A DNA stretch of 64,000 nucleotides from the human T2T-CHM13v2.0 reference genome, Homo sapiens: NCBI RefSeq assembly GCF_009914755.1, contig NC_060935.1. The stretch is one strand, 5' to 3'. Below, piece after piece: positions 1-16,560 of the stretch. The notes under the pieces are model-generated. The model saw only the letters and a program-made list of their open reading frames with translations. It did not search any database and was not told the origin of the DNA. How positions within the stretch are numbered: position 1 is the stretch's first letter; the number at the start of each line of letters is the position of its first letter. The translations under genes were made by a program, and so were the position numbers.

Positions 1-409
1 GGCCGTGTCGTCCATTTGGCATGCACAGACCTTGGCACACTTCCTTCCCCTAGAAGCATCTCTCTGGGGCTGCTGATGCCTGTCTGGTTTGTGGCTCTCC
101 CAGGAATCAGCCCTGGGCTCACATGGTAGTGGCTCCCCCATGGAAACTGAAGACAGATGCCTCAGTGGCTTGTGTTGAATATCTGCTTCCTAGTCACTGT
201 CCCTTTCCCAAAGCACACTCACTCAACACTTCTCGCCACATTCTGCCCATCTTTGGAGACTCAGTTGAAGCCCTGCACCTTCGTTGGGCCCGCTAGCCCT
301 GATCATTCTGGCCTCCTTTGGTTCTTTTTATAACGAAATTATAATAATGATTGTAACTGAATTACAAAGTTTAATTTATAATTATATGTTATAATTTATA
401 ATTCATAAA

Positions 410-563
410 TGAGGCACAGAGATTAACAATAAAATATAATAATAATAATATACTGTAATAAAATTATGGGAAAATGACCTCTCTCTCTCAAAATATCTTA
501 TTGTACTACACTGAGAATAACTGAAACCACAGAAAGTAAAATTGCAAATAAGGGGGACTACTG
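410..563. mobile_element. MER44/Tigger7-like DNA transposon end
   Basis: TIR ...ATAAGGGGGACTACTG followed by TA. Confidence 0.55.
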
Positions 564-1149
564 TACCTCTAAGTTCTAGCTGTGGCTCTAGCTACATGTA
601 TGAGCTTAACAAGTCCCTTCCCCTCTCTGGGCCTCGGTTTCCTTTTTAACAAAATAATGAAGTTTAGCTTTCTACTCTAACTCTGTAAATTTGTGCTAGG
701 ATTTTACTCCTTGCCGCTGTCATTTCACCCTTTTCCCCACCTCTACCAATTACATAGAATGGTTGACACTTTTGAAGTGTTCTTTTTTATTTGTCTTTTT
801 TTAGGTTAAACTTACATACAATGATATACACAGGTCTCAAGTGGACCATTTGGTGAGTTTTGACAAATGCATACAGCCACATGTACCACGTCCCTAACAA
901 GATATTGAGAGCACATTTTCAATACCCCAGAGAATCCTCTTGTACATCATCCAGTTAATCCTTTCCCTCTAGAGGCAAGCACTATTGTGATTTTTTTCCA
1001 CCATGGACTAGTTTTATGGAATGGTTGGCATTCTGAACTCCTTGGCTCTTTGAGGTGTCTAGTTGTTCAGGTTGCCTATTCTTACACTCCTGAACTCCAG
1101 GCATGTGAAGATGAAAGAGAAATTCTTGGCGGGTTCTCAGGACACTCAC

Positions 1150-1326
1150 CCATGGTTCTGCAAGTTCTCTAATTTTCTGAGCCTCTGAGTCACTGACGAA
1201 GTCATGGTAGAGAGCAATGTAGGGCTCCAGGTGGATGACCTCCTTCCGGATGGGCTGGAGCAGCAGGTAGGCGTTGGAATTGGTCTCATAGGAACAGTAG
1301 AGGCTAGGGATCTGGTAGAGAGTGGG
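1150..1326 (-). CDS. P4HA3: P4HA3 exon 7 (PTLYQIPSLYCSY...YHDFVSDSEAQKIRELAEPW), start of catalytic domain; gene continues beyond left edge
   Basis: ttccag|C acceptor and TGG|GTGAGT donor; 177 nt; cumulative CDS 1110 nt = 370 codons. Confidence 0.96.
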
Positions 1327-1568
1327 CTGGAAGGAAAGAATAGGATGAGCATAAGAGAAGAAGGGTCTAGGAGCAAAACTCAACTTAGGGGAACTATGGC
1401 ATAAAAAAATTGGAATGCAAGAGATACAGAATGTGGTCACTCTGATGCTGCCCAAGTGAGCTTTATTGTTTTTAATGCATCAGCTCTATCCCCTCATGTT
1501 ATCCCAATTCTAGCTTCTCAAACTCTAGCCAGGCCTCTCCCCCTTTCTCTTTCCCTGAGGAATCCTAC

Positions 1569-1732
1569 CTGGGAACCCAGGGTCTGACATAGCCCCTCGT
1601 AGGTGTCTCTGGTCTGCAGGTGGGGTATATTGGGCCTCTGGATGACAGCCTCAGCTACCACGTGGTTGGGGCTCTCTGCCAAGAGCCTTTCATATTTCAA
1701 GACATTCCTGGCCATCCTCTTATTATCTGGGC
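1569..1732 (-). CDS. P4HA3: P4HA3 exon 6 (PDNKRMARNVLKYERLL...YEGLCQTLGSQ)
   Basis: ttccag|G acceptor and CAG|GTAGGA donor; 164 nt. Confidence 0.96.
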
Positions 1733-3090
1733 CTGGAAGAAATCAGAGCAGGGAATATAAAATAGGGATTAACAAATACTGGCCCCAGGGAGTGCCACCA
1801 AGGTTTCCTCCAGCTTCACTGCTGCACAGGATGGGCAAGTGGATCTCCTGAATAACTCCTCATGTCAACACACAGGAGGATGCAAGGCCCTCACTCCCAG
1901 AAGACTACCTGGTATTTTTTTAAAAGACTGACTTGATCCTGGTAGATCTGAAGGTGCAAAGGGTTTTGGGAAGCAAAGTGGAACTTAAAACTCTTAGGCC
2001 AAGGGATCATGAAGATGGCTGCTCTGGGATACTGTGATGGTATATATGGCGAAGATGAAGCCTCATTCATTCATTCATTCTTTCACCCATCCATTCAGTA
2101 AATCTTCAGTGAACATCTACTATGTACCAGATACTGTGCTACAGGTTGACCTCTCAGAGTTTAGAGTCTAATGGAGAAAAAGGACATTAAATTATCACTT
2201 ACAACAAAATATGATAAGTGCAATGAAAGAGAAGTCCAGAAAGCCAAAGCCTATTGCAAAAGGACCCAACCTATTCTTCCCCAGAGAATTGGAAGCTAAT
2301 TCATTCTTGGCTCCACTAGATCTTTCAAATCTCCTAACTGGCCTAGACCCAGAGCAAAGAAGTATGGCGCAGAGGGACTCTAGACTTTGGCTCTAGACTG
2401 GATTCCCACAGGGCCCTTGGGAAACCCAATAAATCTTGTGTCTTGTTTGTGCCCACCTGTTTGTACCCACTTTGGCTGCAAGATGCCCCATGCATTGGCA
2501 GAGCTACCCGTGGCCTGCTGGCCTCTTTGCATGACTCTCAATGCATCTCAGAAGGAGATGCTGAATTGTTCTAATGCTCCCAAAGCATCTTTCTCTGAGG
2601 AGCCCAGTGTGCTTCTAACCACAACCATCACCCTGGCAAAGGAGGAAAGGAAGGGGCAGAAATTACCATTCTGTTTTAACAAGAGAAGAAGTGAAGTTTT
2701 GGAGAATGGAAATTATAAGCCCAAACCCCAGTGAAAATATTGCAAAGCCGGAAATAAAACTGGGAATCTCAACTTGCCATGTTCTATTATCCACCTATAA
2801 AAGCACAAAATTTGAGTGGATAGCAAAGATTTTAATAGATCAAGTGCAAATAAATAAAGAAGGGTTGGATTATAATTTTGTTTGTACCACTAATTACTCA
2901 TGTGTTTGTAGATACACAGCTACTTCCTTATCCTATTGTTTGCTAATTATCAGAAGGGAATAATGTTACTAAATGGATTCATTAAAAAGTTTTGTATACA
3001 TGCAATTATAAAGTCCTACATGAAATACTTTATAAATATTAAAACAAAATAGTGATTTTGTATCTCATTGTAGTATCTAAATACTAAATA

Positions 3091-3425
3091 CTCATGCCTG
3101 TAATCCCAGCATTTTGGGAGGCTGAGGCAGGTGGAACACTTGAGGCCAGGAGTTTGAGACCAGCCTGGCCAACATGGCAGAACCCCATCTCTGCTAAAAA
3201 TATAAAAATTAGCTGGGCATGGTGGCACATGGCTGTAATCCCAGCTACTTGGGAGCTGAGGAACAAGAATCACTTGAACCTGGGAGGCAGAGGCTATAGT
3301 GAGCCAAGATTATGCCATTGCACTCCAGCCTGGGTGACAGAATGAGACTCTGTCTCAAAAAACAAAACCAACAAACAAACAAAAAAACCACACCCCTAAA
3401 AGCAAAAGCAAAACAAAACAAATAA
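3091..3425 (+). mobile_element. Alu (slightly 5'-truncated)
   Basis: Alu dimer with A/C-rich tail. Confidence 0.9.
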
Positions 3426-3916
3426 ATACTGTATTAAAGAAAAACCTAGGAAGCTATCTACCACTAAAATGTTAAGCAAATACATACATATAACTTTGAG
3501 GCAAACATTTCCAAGCAGATACCTGAGTTAGGAAGCATCTCCCTCCTGTTTAACTCATTTTATTGTCAGCAAGAGACTCCCTGAAGGGGGGTGATGCTGA
3601 ATTCTGTGACCTACTGGCTGGGCAGGATGCATGCATCACAGAGTGAGACCTGATTTAAGGGGAAAAACTGATATCTCCCTGTGAGCAGCTGAAGTGAGCA
3701 ATCCTGCTGAGTCACTTTCCTTCTTGCGTACATAGTGCACACTGATTTCATTCATTCTTGGGTCTGCTTCCAAAATCTGGGTCTTTAAAATGTCTCTGAA
3801 GAAACTGGCTCCCACTCCTGGACTTTTTCCCATTGAAGCAACACTAATATATCATTGATTGGTTGGAAGAAGGAAGGGACAGGTTGATATCTTCTCAGCA
3901 TTTTCCAACTAACTTA

Positions 3917-4381
<465 letters not shown>

Positions 4382-4420
4382 TCAGACCTGTGGCTGGCTT
4401 ATCTTTTATCCATTACGTAC

Positions 4421-4472
4421 TGTAGAGAAGAAACTCCCGAGAGAGGCTGAGGGCACACGAAACATTTCCTGC
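4421..4472 (-). CDS. P4HA3: P4HA3 exon 5 (AGNVSCALSLSREFLLY/S)
   Basis: Long T-run plus aacag|G acceptor and ACA|GTACGT donor; 52 nt keeps phase between exons 4 and 6. Confidence 0.93.
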
Positions 4473-5005
4473 CTGTTAAAAAAAAAAAAAAGAAAAGAAA
4501 GCATTAACTTCACTGAGGATATCTCTTCTGAACAAACCATTAAATTAAAAAAAAAAAAAAGATAAAATATTCTTACCATAAGTAGATAATAAGGCTCACT
4601 GAAAGGAACAGCAGACCAGAAATGCAGAGGATCTGTGGCCTCACTGCAAATCAGGTCTCACCAGTCTCCTCATTTACTAATGACTTATGACCACCCTTAC
4701 CGGGCAAGGTAGGAAAATAAATGAAAATAAACCTTCTTAAAGTGCCCTCAAATCTTTTTTTGTTTTCTGTTGAATTGTTTTTTCTTTTAATTTTATTATT
4801 ATTATACTTTAAGTTTTAGGGTACATGTGCACAACGTGCAGGTTTGTTACATATGTATACATGTGCCATGTTGGTGTGCTGCACCCATTAACTCGTCATT
4901 TAGCATTAGGTATATCTCCTAAAGCTATCCCTCCCCCCTCCCCCCACCCCACAACAGTCCCTGGTGTGTGATGTTCCCCTTCCTGTGTCCATGTGTTCTC
5001 ATTGT

Positions 5006-8845
<3,840 letters not shown>

Positions 8846-8893
8846 TTATTTTGCTCGTTAGTTGATGCAGTTTCTTCATAGCCTCGATGGTCT

Positions 8894-9909
8894 TTACAAT
8901 TTGACATGTTTTTGCAGTGGCTGGTACCAGTTGTTCCTTTCCATGTTTAGTGCTTCCTTCAGGAGCTCTTGTAGGGCAGGCCTGGTGGTGACAAAACCTC
9001 CCAGCATTTGCTTGTCTGTAAAGGATTTTATTTCTCCTTCACTTATGAAGCTTAGTTTGGCTGGATATGAGATTCTGGGTTGAAAATTCTTTTCTTTAAG
9101 AATGTTGAATATTGGTCCCCACTCTCTTCTGGCTTGTAGAGTTTCTGCTGAGAGATCAGCTGTTAGTCTAATGGGCTTCCCTTTGTGGGTAACCCGACCT
9201 TTCTCTCTGGCTGCCCTTAACATTTTTTCCTTCATTTCAACTTTGGTGAATCTGACAATTATGTGTCTTGGAGTTGCTCTTCTCGAGGAGTATCTTTGTG
9301 GCGTTCTGTGTATTTCCTGAATTTGAATGTTGGCCTGCCTTGCTAGATTGGGGAAGTTCTCCTGGATAATATCCTGCAGAGTGTTTTCCAACTTGGTTCC
9401 ATTCTCCCTGTCACTTTCAAGTACACCAATCAGACGTAGATTTGGTCTTTTCACATAGTCCCATATTTCTTGGATGCTTTGTTCGTTTCTTTTTATTCTT
9501 TTTTCTCTAAACTTCTCTCCTCGCTTCGTTTCATTCATTTCGTCTTCCATCACTGATACCCTTTCTTCCAGTTGATTGCATCGGCTACTGAGGCTTCTGC
9601 ATTCGTCACGTAGCTCTCGTGCCTTGGTTTTCAGCTCCATCAGGTCCTTTAAGGACTTCTCTGCATTGGTTATTCTAGTTATCCATTCGTCTAATTTTTT
9701 TTCAAAGCTTTTAACTTCTTTGCCATTGGTTCGAATTTCCTCCTGTAGCTCGGAGTAGTTTGATCGTCTGAAGCCTTCTTCTCTCAACTCATCAAAGTCA
9801 TTCTCCATCCAGCTTTGTTCCGTTGCTGGTGAGGAGCTCTGTTCCTTTGGAGGAGGAAAGGCACTCGATTTTTAGAGTTTCCAGTGTTTCTGCTCTGTTT
9901 TTTCCCCAT
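8894..9909 (-). pseudogene. L1 ORF1p, frameshifted near the N-terminus
   Basis: ATG at 9909; span 1016 nt (1-nt loss near 9867); the 304-aa ORF 8894-9808 matches ORF1p coiled coil, RRM and CTD. Confidence 0.92.
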
Positions 9910-12262
9910 CTTTGTGGTTTTATCTACCTTTGGTCTTTGATGATGGTGATGTACAGGTGGGTTTTGGTGTGGATGTCCTTTCTGTTTGTTAGTTTTCCTT
10001 CTAACAGACAGGACCCTCAGCTGCAGGTCTGTTGGAGTTTGCTAGAGGTCCACTCCAGACCCTGTTTGCCTGGGTATCAGCAGCAGTGGCTGCAGAACAG
10101 CAGATATTGGTGAACTGCAGATGCTGCTGCCTGATCGTTCCTCTGGAAGTTTTGTCTCAGAGGAGTACCCTGCCATGTGAGGTGTCAGTCTGCCCCTACT
10201 GGGGGGTGCCTCCTAGTTAGGCTACTCGGGGGTAAGGGACCCACTTGAGGAGGCAGTCTGCCTGTTCTCAGATCTCAAGCTGCATGCTGGAAGAACCACT
10301 ACTCTCTTCAAAGCTCAGTTGGAAATGCAGAAATCACCCGTCTTTTGTGTCACTCACGCTGGGAGCTGTAGACCGGAGCTGTTCCTATTCGGCCATCTTG
10401 GCTCCTCCCCCCGTGCCCTCAAATCTTAAAGCATGCAAAACCATGTAATTGCGGGGCGTTGTTGTTTGTTATATTTAATAATATAACTGAAGTTAAATAT
10501 ATTTAACCCAATGTGGAACTATAAAAACCCTAGTAAAAATATAATTTGTTCTCCAGATTCAGTTCTTCCCGGAGTCCACAAAGTTAGTGGAGGGAAGCAA
10601 AGAAAGAACTAAAATGGAAACATTGCCCAGTGCACAGGAATTAACTCTCCCTGCAGCCATTCAACCTTGGGCTCAACATAGTCAAAAGGAAATAGGGCTT
10701 TCCAGACAAATCTGGGGAACAGAATCCCGGATGGGTATCTAGCAGTCCTCTTCTGGGTGCTGCCAAATGATGATTAACTGATAGAAATGTATTTCATTCC
10801 AATCACTTTACTTTAGCATATTAACAATTCACTTCTAATGATAAAAGCAATAATAAGCACATTATGAAACATATGAGAAATGGAAAAAAATTACTACACC
10901 AAAATCCAGGGACTGAAGTACTTTGGATAATATATAGTTTTTACATAGTTATAAGCATATTTTTATACACTTCACATCCTGATTGTTTCACTTTACATTG
11001 TTATCAGGAGTACTTTGATGTCATCACATAGTCTTCACAGACAGCATTTTTAATGGCTGCATTTTATTCCATCCAGAAGATAGGCCACAGAGAACCTAAC
11101 CATTCCACTACTGTTGGACAAATACATTGTTTCTAATTATTTGATATCATGAATTACTCTGTTCTACATTTAACAAGGAATACTTGAGTAATCTATGAAT
11201 ATCTTGTAATGTCAAATATTAACTCAAGGTCATAGCTTTTCAAACTCTTCGTGAGATGAAAAGAACCAAAATACAATTTCACATATTTCTAAAACTTGAG
11301 AGTCTTGTAATAAAGTAAAATTATATTTTACAAAGAACAAAGAGTTACTTTCAGTGTCTCAGTTAAGTTTCTTTGGAAATAGGTACACTAAGGAACATTA
11401 AATGAAAAGAGAACATATATATGTATGTATCATGTAATAAGAACTGACATTTATCCAGTAAGTAGCATGTGCCACGCACGCATTCTGTTAAGGGCTTTGC
11501 CTGTATTAGCTCACTCAATCCTCACAGCAACCCACTTGAGGTGAGCATCATTATTCCTCTTTTACAAATAAGAAAACTGAGGCCCAGGGAAGCTAAATAA
11601 GTTGCCTATGTTTTCACAGCATTTGAATCCAGGACTGTCTGATTCCAGAGCCCATAGCTTAACCACTGTACTCTACCATCTCTCATTATTAGCAGTTATT
11701 AAAATTTTTTTTACTAAAATATATAATGAAATAAAATACATTAAATTTTATGTGATAATGAAAGGTCCACAGGGACATTTACTTCTAATTTACTAGGGGG
11801 TGAGGAGGAACACAAACCATCTATAAGATAATGCCTTATGTGTTCTGTTACTGGGGAATAAAAACATGCTGTAAGACCACCAAGGAGGAAAGCCTGGGGA
11901 GTGAGGAGAACTCAGGAAGACTTCACAAAGTAGGTGACATTCGAGGTGTGCCTTGTAACATAAACAGGATTTCACCAGACAAAACAGGATGTGGAAAGCA
12001 AGTAGAAGAGAAATCCAAGCCATCAGAGTTAGAGGGAAACAAAACAAAACTAATCAATAATTGGGTACAACATTTGAAACTCCGTCTTTCAGGGTAAGCT
12101 GCTTTAGTTTCTCTTCTCTGAGTCTTTCCATGTCGAATCTCCATTTCCTTCCTCTATTAAAACTCAATTACTTCTCACCCCTTCCTACATCACAGTTACT
12201 CTGTTTGGCTTTAACACACAGCAATTTAGCAGGAGAGTTAGGAAGAGCACATACACAGTTTT

Positions 12263-12596
12263 TTTTTTCTTTTTTTCTTTTTTTTTTTTTTTTGAGATGC
12301 AGTTTCACTTGTTTCCCAGGCTGGAGGGCAATAGCTCGATCTCTGCTCACCACAACTTCCACCTCTCGGGCTCAAGCGATTCTCCTGCCTCAGCCTCCTG
12401 AGTAGCTGGGATTACAGGCATGTGCCACCACACCCGGTTAATTTTGTTTGTTTTTGTTTTTGTTTTGTTTGTTTTTAGTAGAGATGGGGTTTCTCCATGT
12501 TGGTCAGGCTGGTCTTGAACTCCTGACCTCAGGTGATCTGCCCGGCTCAGCCTCCCAAAGTGCTGGGATTACAGGCGTGAGCCACCACATCCGGCC
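12263..12596 (-). mobile_element. AluS (Sp/Sq-like) with expanded middle A-rich linker
   Basis: TSD CACATACACAGTTTT at 12248-12262 and 12599-12613. Confidence 0.93.
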
Positions 12597-13554
12597 AACA
12601 CATACACAGTTTTACAACAAAGATCCATTCGCCAGGAACTTCCATGAAAGGAACAGGACTGTTTGCTGCACTGAGAGTAAATCTGTTTGGGCAGCAACAC
12701 ATGGGTTTGGAGCACCCACATCCTCCTCCCCTTTCTCAAGAAAATGGGGAAAGGAAAAAAAAGGTAGGGAGCAGAAATGGTTTACTAGTTTTGGAAACTC
12801 TAGGGAACTGGTTCCATGGAGATTTTTGCAGCCTACCCTTGAAGACTGTACAACTCGGGTGGGAAATGGGGTTAGCTATACAAAAGCTATACCTTACCCA
12901 GTTATTGGTTAGTTTTGTTTATTGGCAGCTGCTTTATTTAGGGAAATGAACTTCTATATAAGGCACAACAGGGAGTAAGTAGATCAACAGTGCCAAGGAA
13001 AAATAACACCTGGAGGAGGCACTGTGGCTGGTACTACAGAACAGTGACTCCAGCTCTGTAACCAGACAGGAGTCACATTACAGTTGGACTCAACTGCAGA
13101 TGGGAAAAGCTCATAATCAAACTTCTTTGTCCATGGCAATATTATGGGTAATATCTGTGATGAATTATGAGTTGCTGAGAGCACAAAAGAGTGATCTACA
13201 TTTATTATGAACCCATTAACTATTTGTGAATAAAGCAGCTGCTGCTACAGGTGACAAACTGCCTCCTACATGGGAAATAATGATTGTAAAGTAGTCAATG
13301 CATTGGAAAGAGCACTGGACTAACAGTCTAATCCTAGGTCTATAAGCTTTGTGACAAGTTAATAGTCTTTTGGAGATTCAGTTTACTCACATGTGATATA
13401 TGGAAATGATAAAATAACTTCCCTGCTTGGCTCAGTTTGGTCCTATTGGGAAGATGAAACAGATGAAGACATGAAAATACTTAGAAATTGTAAAGCAGCT
13501 ATAAAGGATTTCACTTAGTATAATAAAAGCAGTGAGCTTCACTTACTCCCTTAC

Positions 13555-13704
13555 CCGGAAATAAGCAAAGGCCAAGTGATCCAAGGCATCTTCTAGACTT
13601 GCCTCATCCTCTGTCTTCCACTCTCCGTAAGATCCTCGGAAGAGACTGACAGCCTCCTCCAGCCATGGAATGGCATGGTAATAATCCCCCATGTCATAGG
13701 CCAC
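13555..13704 (-). CDS. P4HA3: P4HA3 exon 4 (VAYDMGDYYHAIPWLEEAVSLF...LDHLAFAYFR), TPR-like substrate-binding domain
   Basis: Read manually (not in the ORF track): gtgtag|G acceptor, CGG|GTAAGG donor, 150 nt, open frame. Confidence 0.95.
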
Positions 13705-15691
13705 CTACACAGAACACAAGTACCATCGCCAAAGCCTTATTCCACAGGTAGAAAAAGAAAATGACAATTCAAAGAATAAGAGGGACTTTGGAATCCAAGA
13801 AGGCAGGTTTTAATTTCAAATTCATTTTAATTCAATTTATTAAGCATCTACTATATACAACGCATTGTACTACGTGGAGAGGAGACATAAGGGTTCTTGC
13901 ACTTAAGGAATTTATAATCTGAAGGAAAAGAGAACATGACCTCAATTAACTCTAATTTGGGACAGAATATCATGAGTGCTCCAAAGAAAATGTATACTAT
14001 GCTGTGGTGGCACAGGGAAGGGAGGAGACTTGGGAATCTCAGAAAGCTTCATGCAAGAGGTAGCATCTGAGACAGGCCTTCCTTGAAGAAGGAAAAGGAT
14101 ATCAGTGAGCAGAGACTGGGAAGAAAAGCATTTTAAGATGAGGGAATGGCAGCAACAGAAATCTAAAGCAAGAATGTGTTCAAGTAGTCCATCGTGGCTG
14201 TAGCTAGGGTGAAGAGAAACAAAAAGTAAACTTGAAACAGCAGCATGGGCTAAGCAAATTACAGTCTTGAATGTCATATTTTTAGGAAGATATTGCTGGT
14301 AGCAATGTGAAGAATGGATTACATTCATTCATTCATTCATTTATTCAATATTTACTAAGTATTTTCTATGTGCCTAGTGGCCCTGTCCTGTAAGAGCTTA
14401 AATCAAGACGGGGCACATGAGTAAGCCAATAATTGTAACACAATGCATTAGACACCATAATGAAGGTAGACATGGGAACGCTATGGAAGCTCAATGGATC
14501 TGTTCTGTATTAAATGCTGGAATGCTGGCAACATGGCAACACGTACCAGACACAGCTCCTGTCTCCTCATAGTTTACAGTTAACTAGAATACCAGAACTG
14601 CAAGTGGAATTTCCTGGAAGTTGATATTGGAGACAACATGGAACTGTAAAGTTACAGACTAGGAAGAACTCTTACAAAATGATCTAATTAGGGTGTAACT
14701 TCCTGACAGGGAAAAATCCTAGAGATATTGCAATTCTGCAGCCTAAACAATAAATCATTTTTCCTTCAAGTCTGCCATTAACCTGTTGTTTTATTTTTCT
14801 GCACCTCAAGTCCTATTTGTAAAAACGTTGAGCTGAAAAATGCTAAAAATGACTGAACTTTTCATGCCAAGTTAATTTGTTTAATTAAGATTTCCATGAG
14901 TAACTTCAAGTCCCAGCAATATGGTAGACTGAAACAACTGGAATCCTTCCGAACACAAATTCGGACACTTTGAATAAACTATAAAAAGCGTTTTATTATA
15001 TATTTTCAAGAAAAAAAAAAAAAAAACAACAGAAAATATCAGGTACCAGAAACAAAAAAGGGCTAAAAGCCCAAACCATAAGCTTATGAGCAGATGCTGA
15101 TGTTCCCTAGGATGGGGGTGGGTGTTAATCATAGTAACCTTGGTGTTCAGTAACCTTGGGTTATAATGCCCATATGAGGATAGAAGATGAGCCATCCTTA
15201 GACCTGCCCCAAGCCCAGGAACTGGAACTAAGACACCCTCATGAAACTGGATTCTATAAAAAACTATACCTTAGGAGAAAAGGTAGACCAGAAAAAAATT
15301 TGCTTGCTATCTTAATGAGACAAGAATATTTGTTTGTTTCTGTCTAGCTCTGTGTAAGAATATTCTCAATTTTGAGCCTCTACTTCTGGTGAGTATAGGG
15401 TTTGAATCTGCAATATTCATATGGTCAAGGAACTCCTATGTCAATAAATAAATATAAAAATGATCTAAGGCGAGTGAGAGCACCAGAGTTTCTGGAAGAA
15501 GAACACCCAAAACTCTCTGGAGGGATATTCCCACAACTCTGGGCACATGGATTCTCTTAGGGGGAAAATGTCCTGCTGAAAATAAGCTCCCAAACATGAA
15601 AACTATATCAGGAAATAATCCATCATGAGCAAGAGTCAACAGACACAATAGCACGATGATGGAATTAGACAATTAAGAATTTCAGAAGATA

Positions 15692-15982
15692 GGCTGGGTG
15701 CAGTGGTTTATGCCTGTAATCCCAGCACTTTGGGAGGCTGAGGCAGGAGGATCACTTGAGGCCAGGAGTTCAAGACCATCCCGGGCAACACAGTGAGACC
15801 CTTATTAAAAAATTAGCTGGATATGGTGGGGCACACCTGTAGTCCTAGCTACTCGGGAGGCTGAGGTGGGAGGATCACTTGAGCCCCCCCAGGTGGGAGG
15901 ATCACTTGATCAAGGCTGCAGTGAGCCATGATTGTGTCACTGCACTTACTTGGATGGCAGAGCAAAACCCTAAGAAAACAAA
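15692..15982 (+). mobile_element. AluJ-like, with small internal duplication of AGGTGGGAGGATCACTTGA
   Basis: Alu consensus; AAGAATTTCA on both flanks. Confidence 0.88.
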
Positions 15983-16079
15983 AAGAATTTCATAAACTAG
16001 AAATTTCATAATCCATAGAGGAAGGGATCGGGGAAGTGTAGATGAAACAAATTTGGCCACATGTTGATAATTATTGAAG

Positions 16080-16560
16080 CTTATTCTGTGAGTTGGCGAT
16101 ACCACTCCGAGGTATTCATCCAAGAGAAATGAGAATAAATGTCCATAGAAGGACATAAAAGGATGTTAATAGAAGCTTTATTCACAGTAGCCCAAACTAG
16201 AAGCAATCCAAGAATCTGTCAACAGGAGACTGGATCAACAGTTTGTGGTATATTCTTAGAATGGAATACTACTCAGCAATAAAAAGAAATAAACTACTAA
16301 CAAATGATACAATATGGATGAATTCCACAGATACAATGTGCTGAATGAAAGAAGCTGGACTTAAAAGGGCACATACTATATGGTTCAGGATCGCTGCTAC
16401 CTGGGCAAGGGTGGAGCAGAAGGGATGGGGGGTGGCGAGGAGGATGAGTGGGGTTTTAGCTGTATGTAACATGTTTTTTTTTCTAATATATATTTTTAAA
16501 AATGAAACAAACATAGCAAAATTTGAACATATATTCATTACAATAATAGATATAATTGCT
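16080..16560 (+). mobile_element. Old L1M 3' fragment
   Basis: AATGGAATACTACTCAGCAATAAAAAG and related L1M 3'-end motifs. Confidence 0.6.

Noticed and set aside
982-1455. 157-aa ORF as a separate gene
   Set aside because: It is P4HA3 exon 7 plus open intronic flanks; the same applies to ORFs extending over other exons.
4570-4705. Two GTAAG donor-like sites upstream of P4HA3 exon 5
   Set aside because: No convincing paired acceptor or open frame; such motifs are common by chance.
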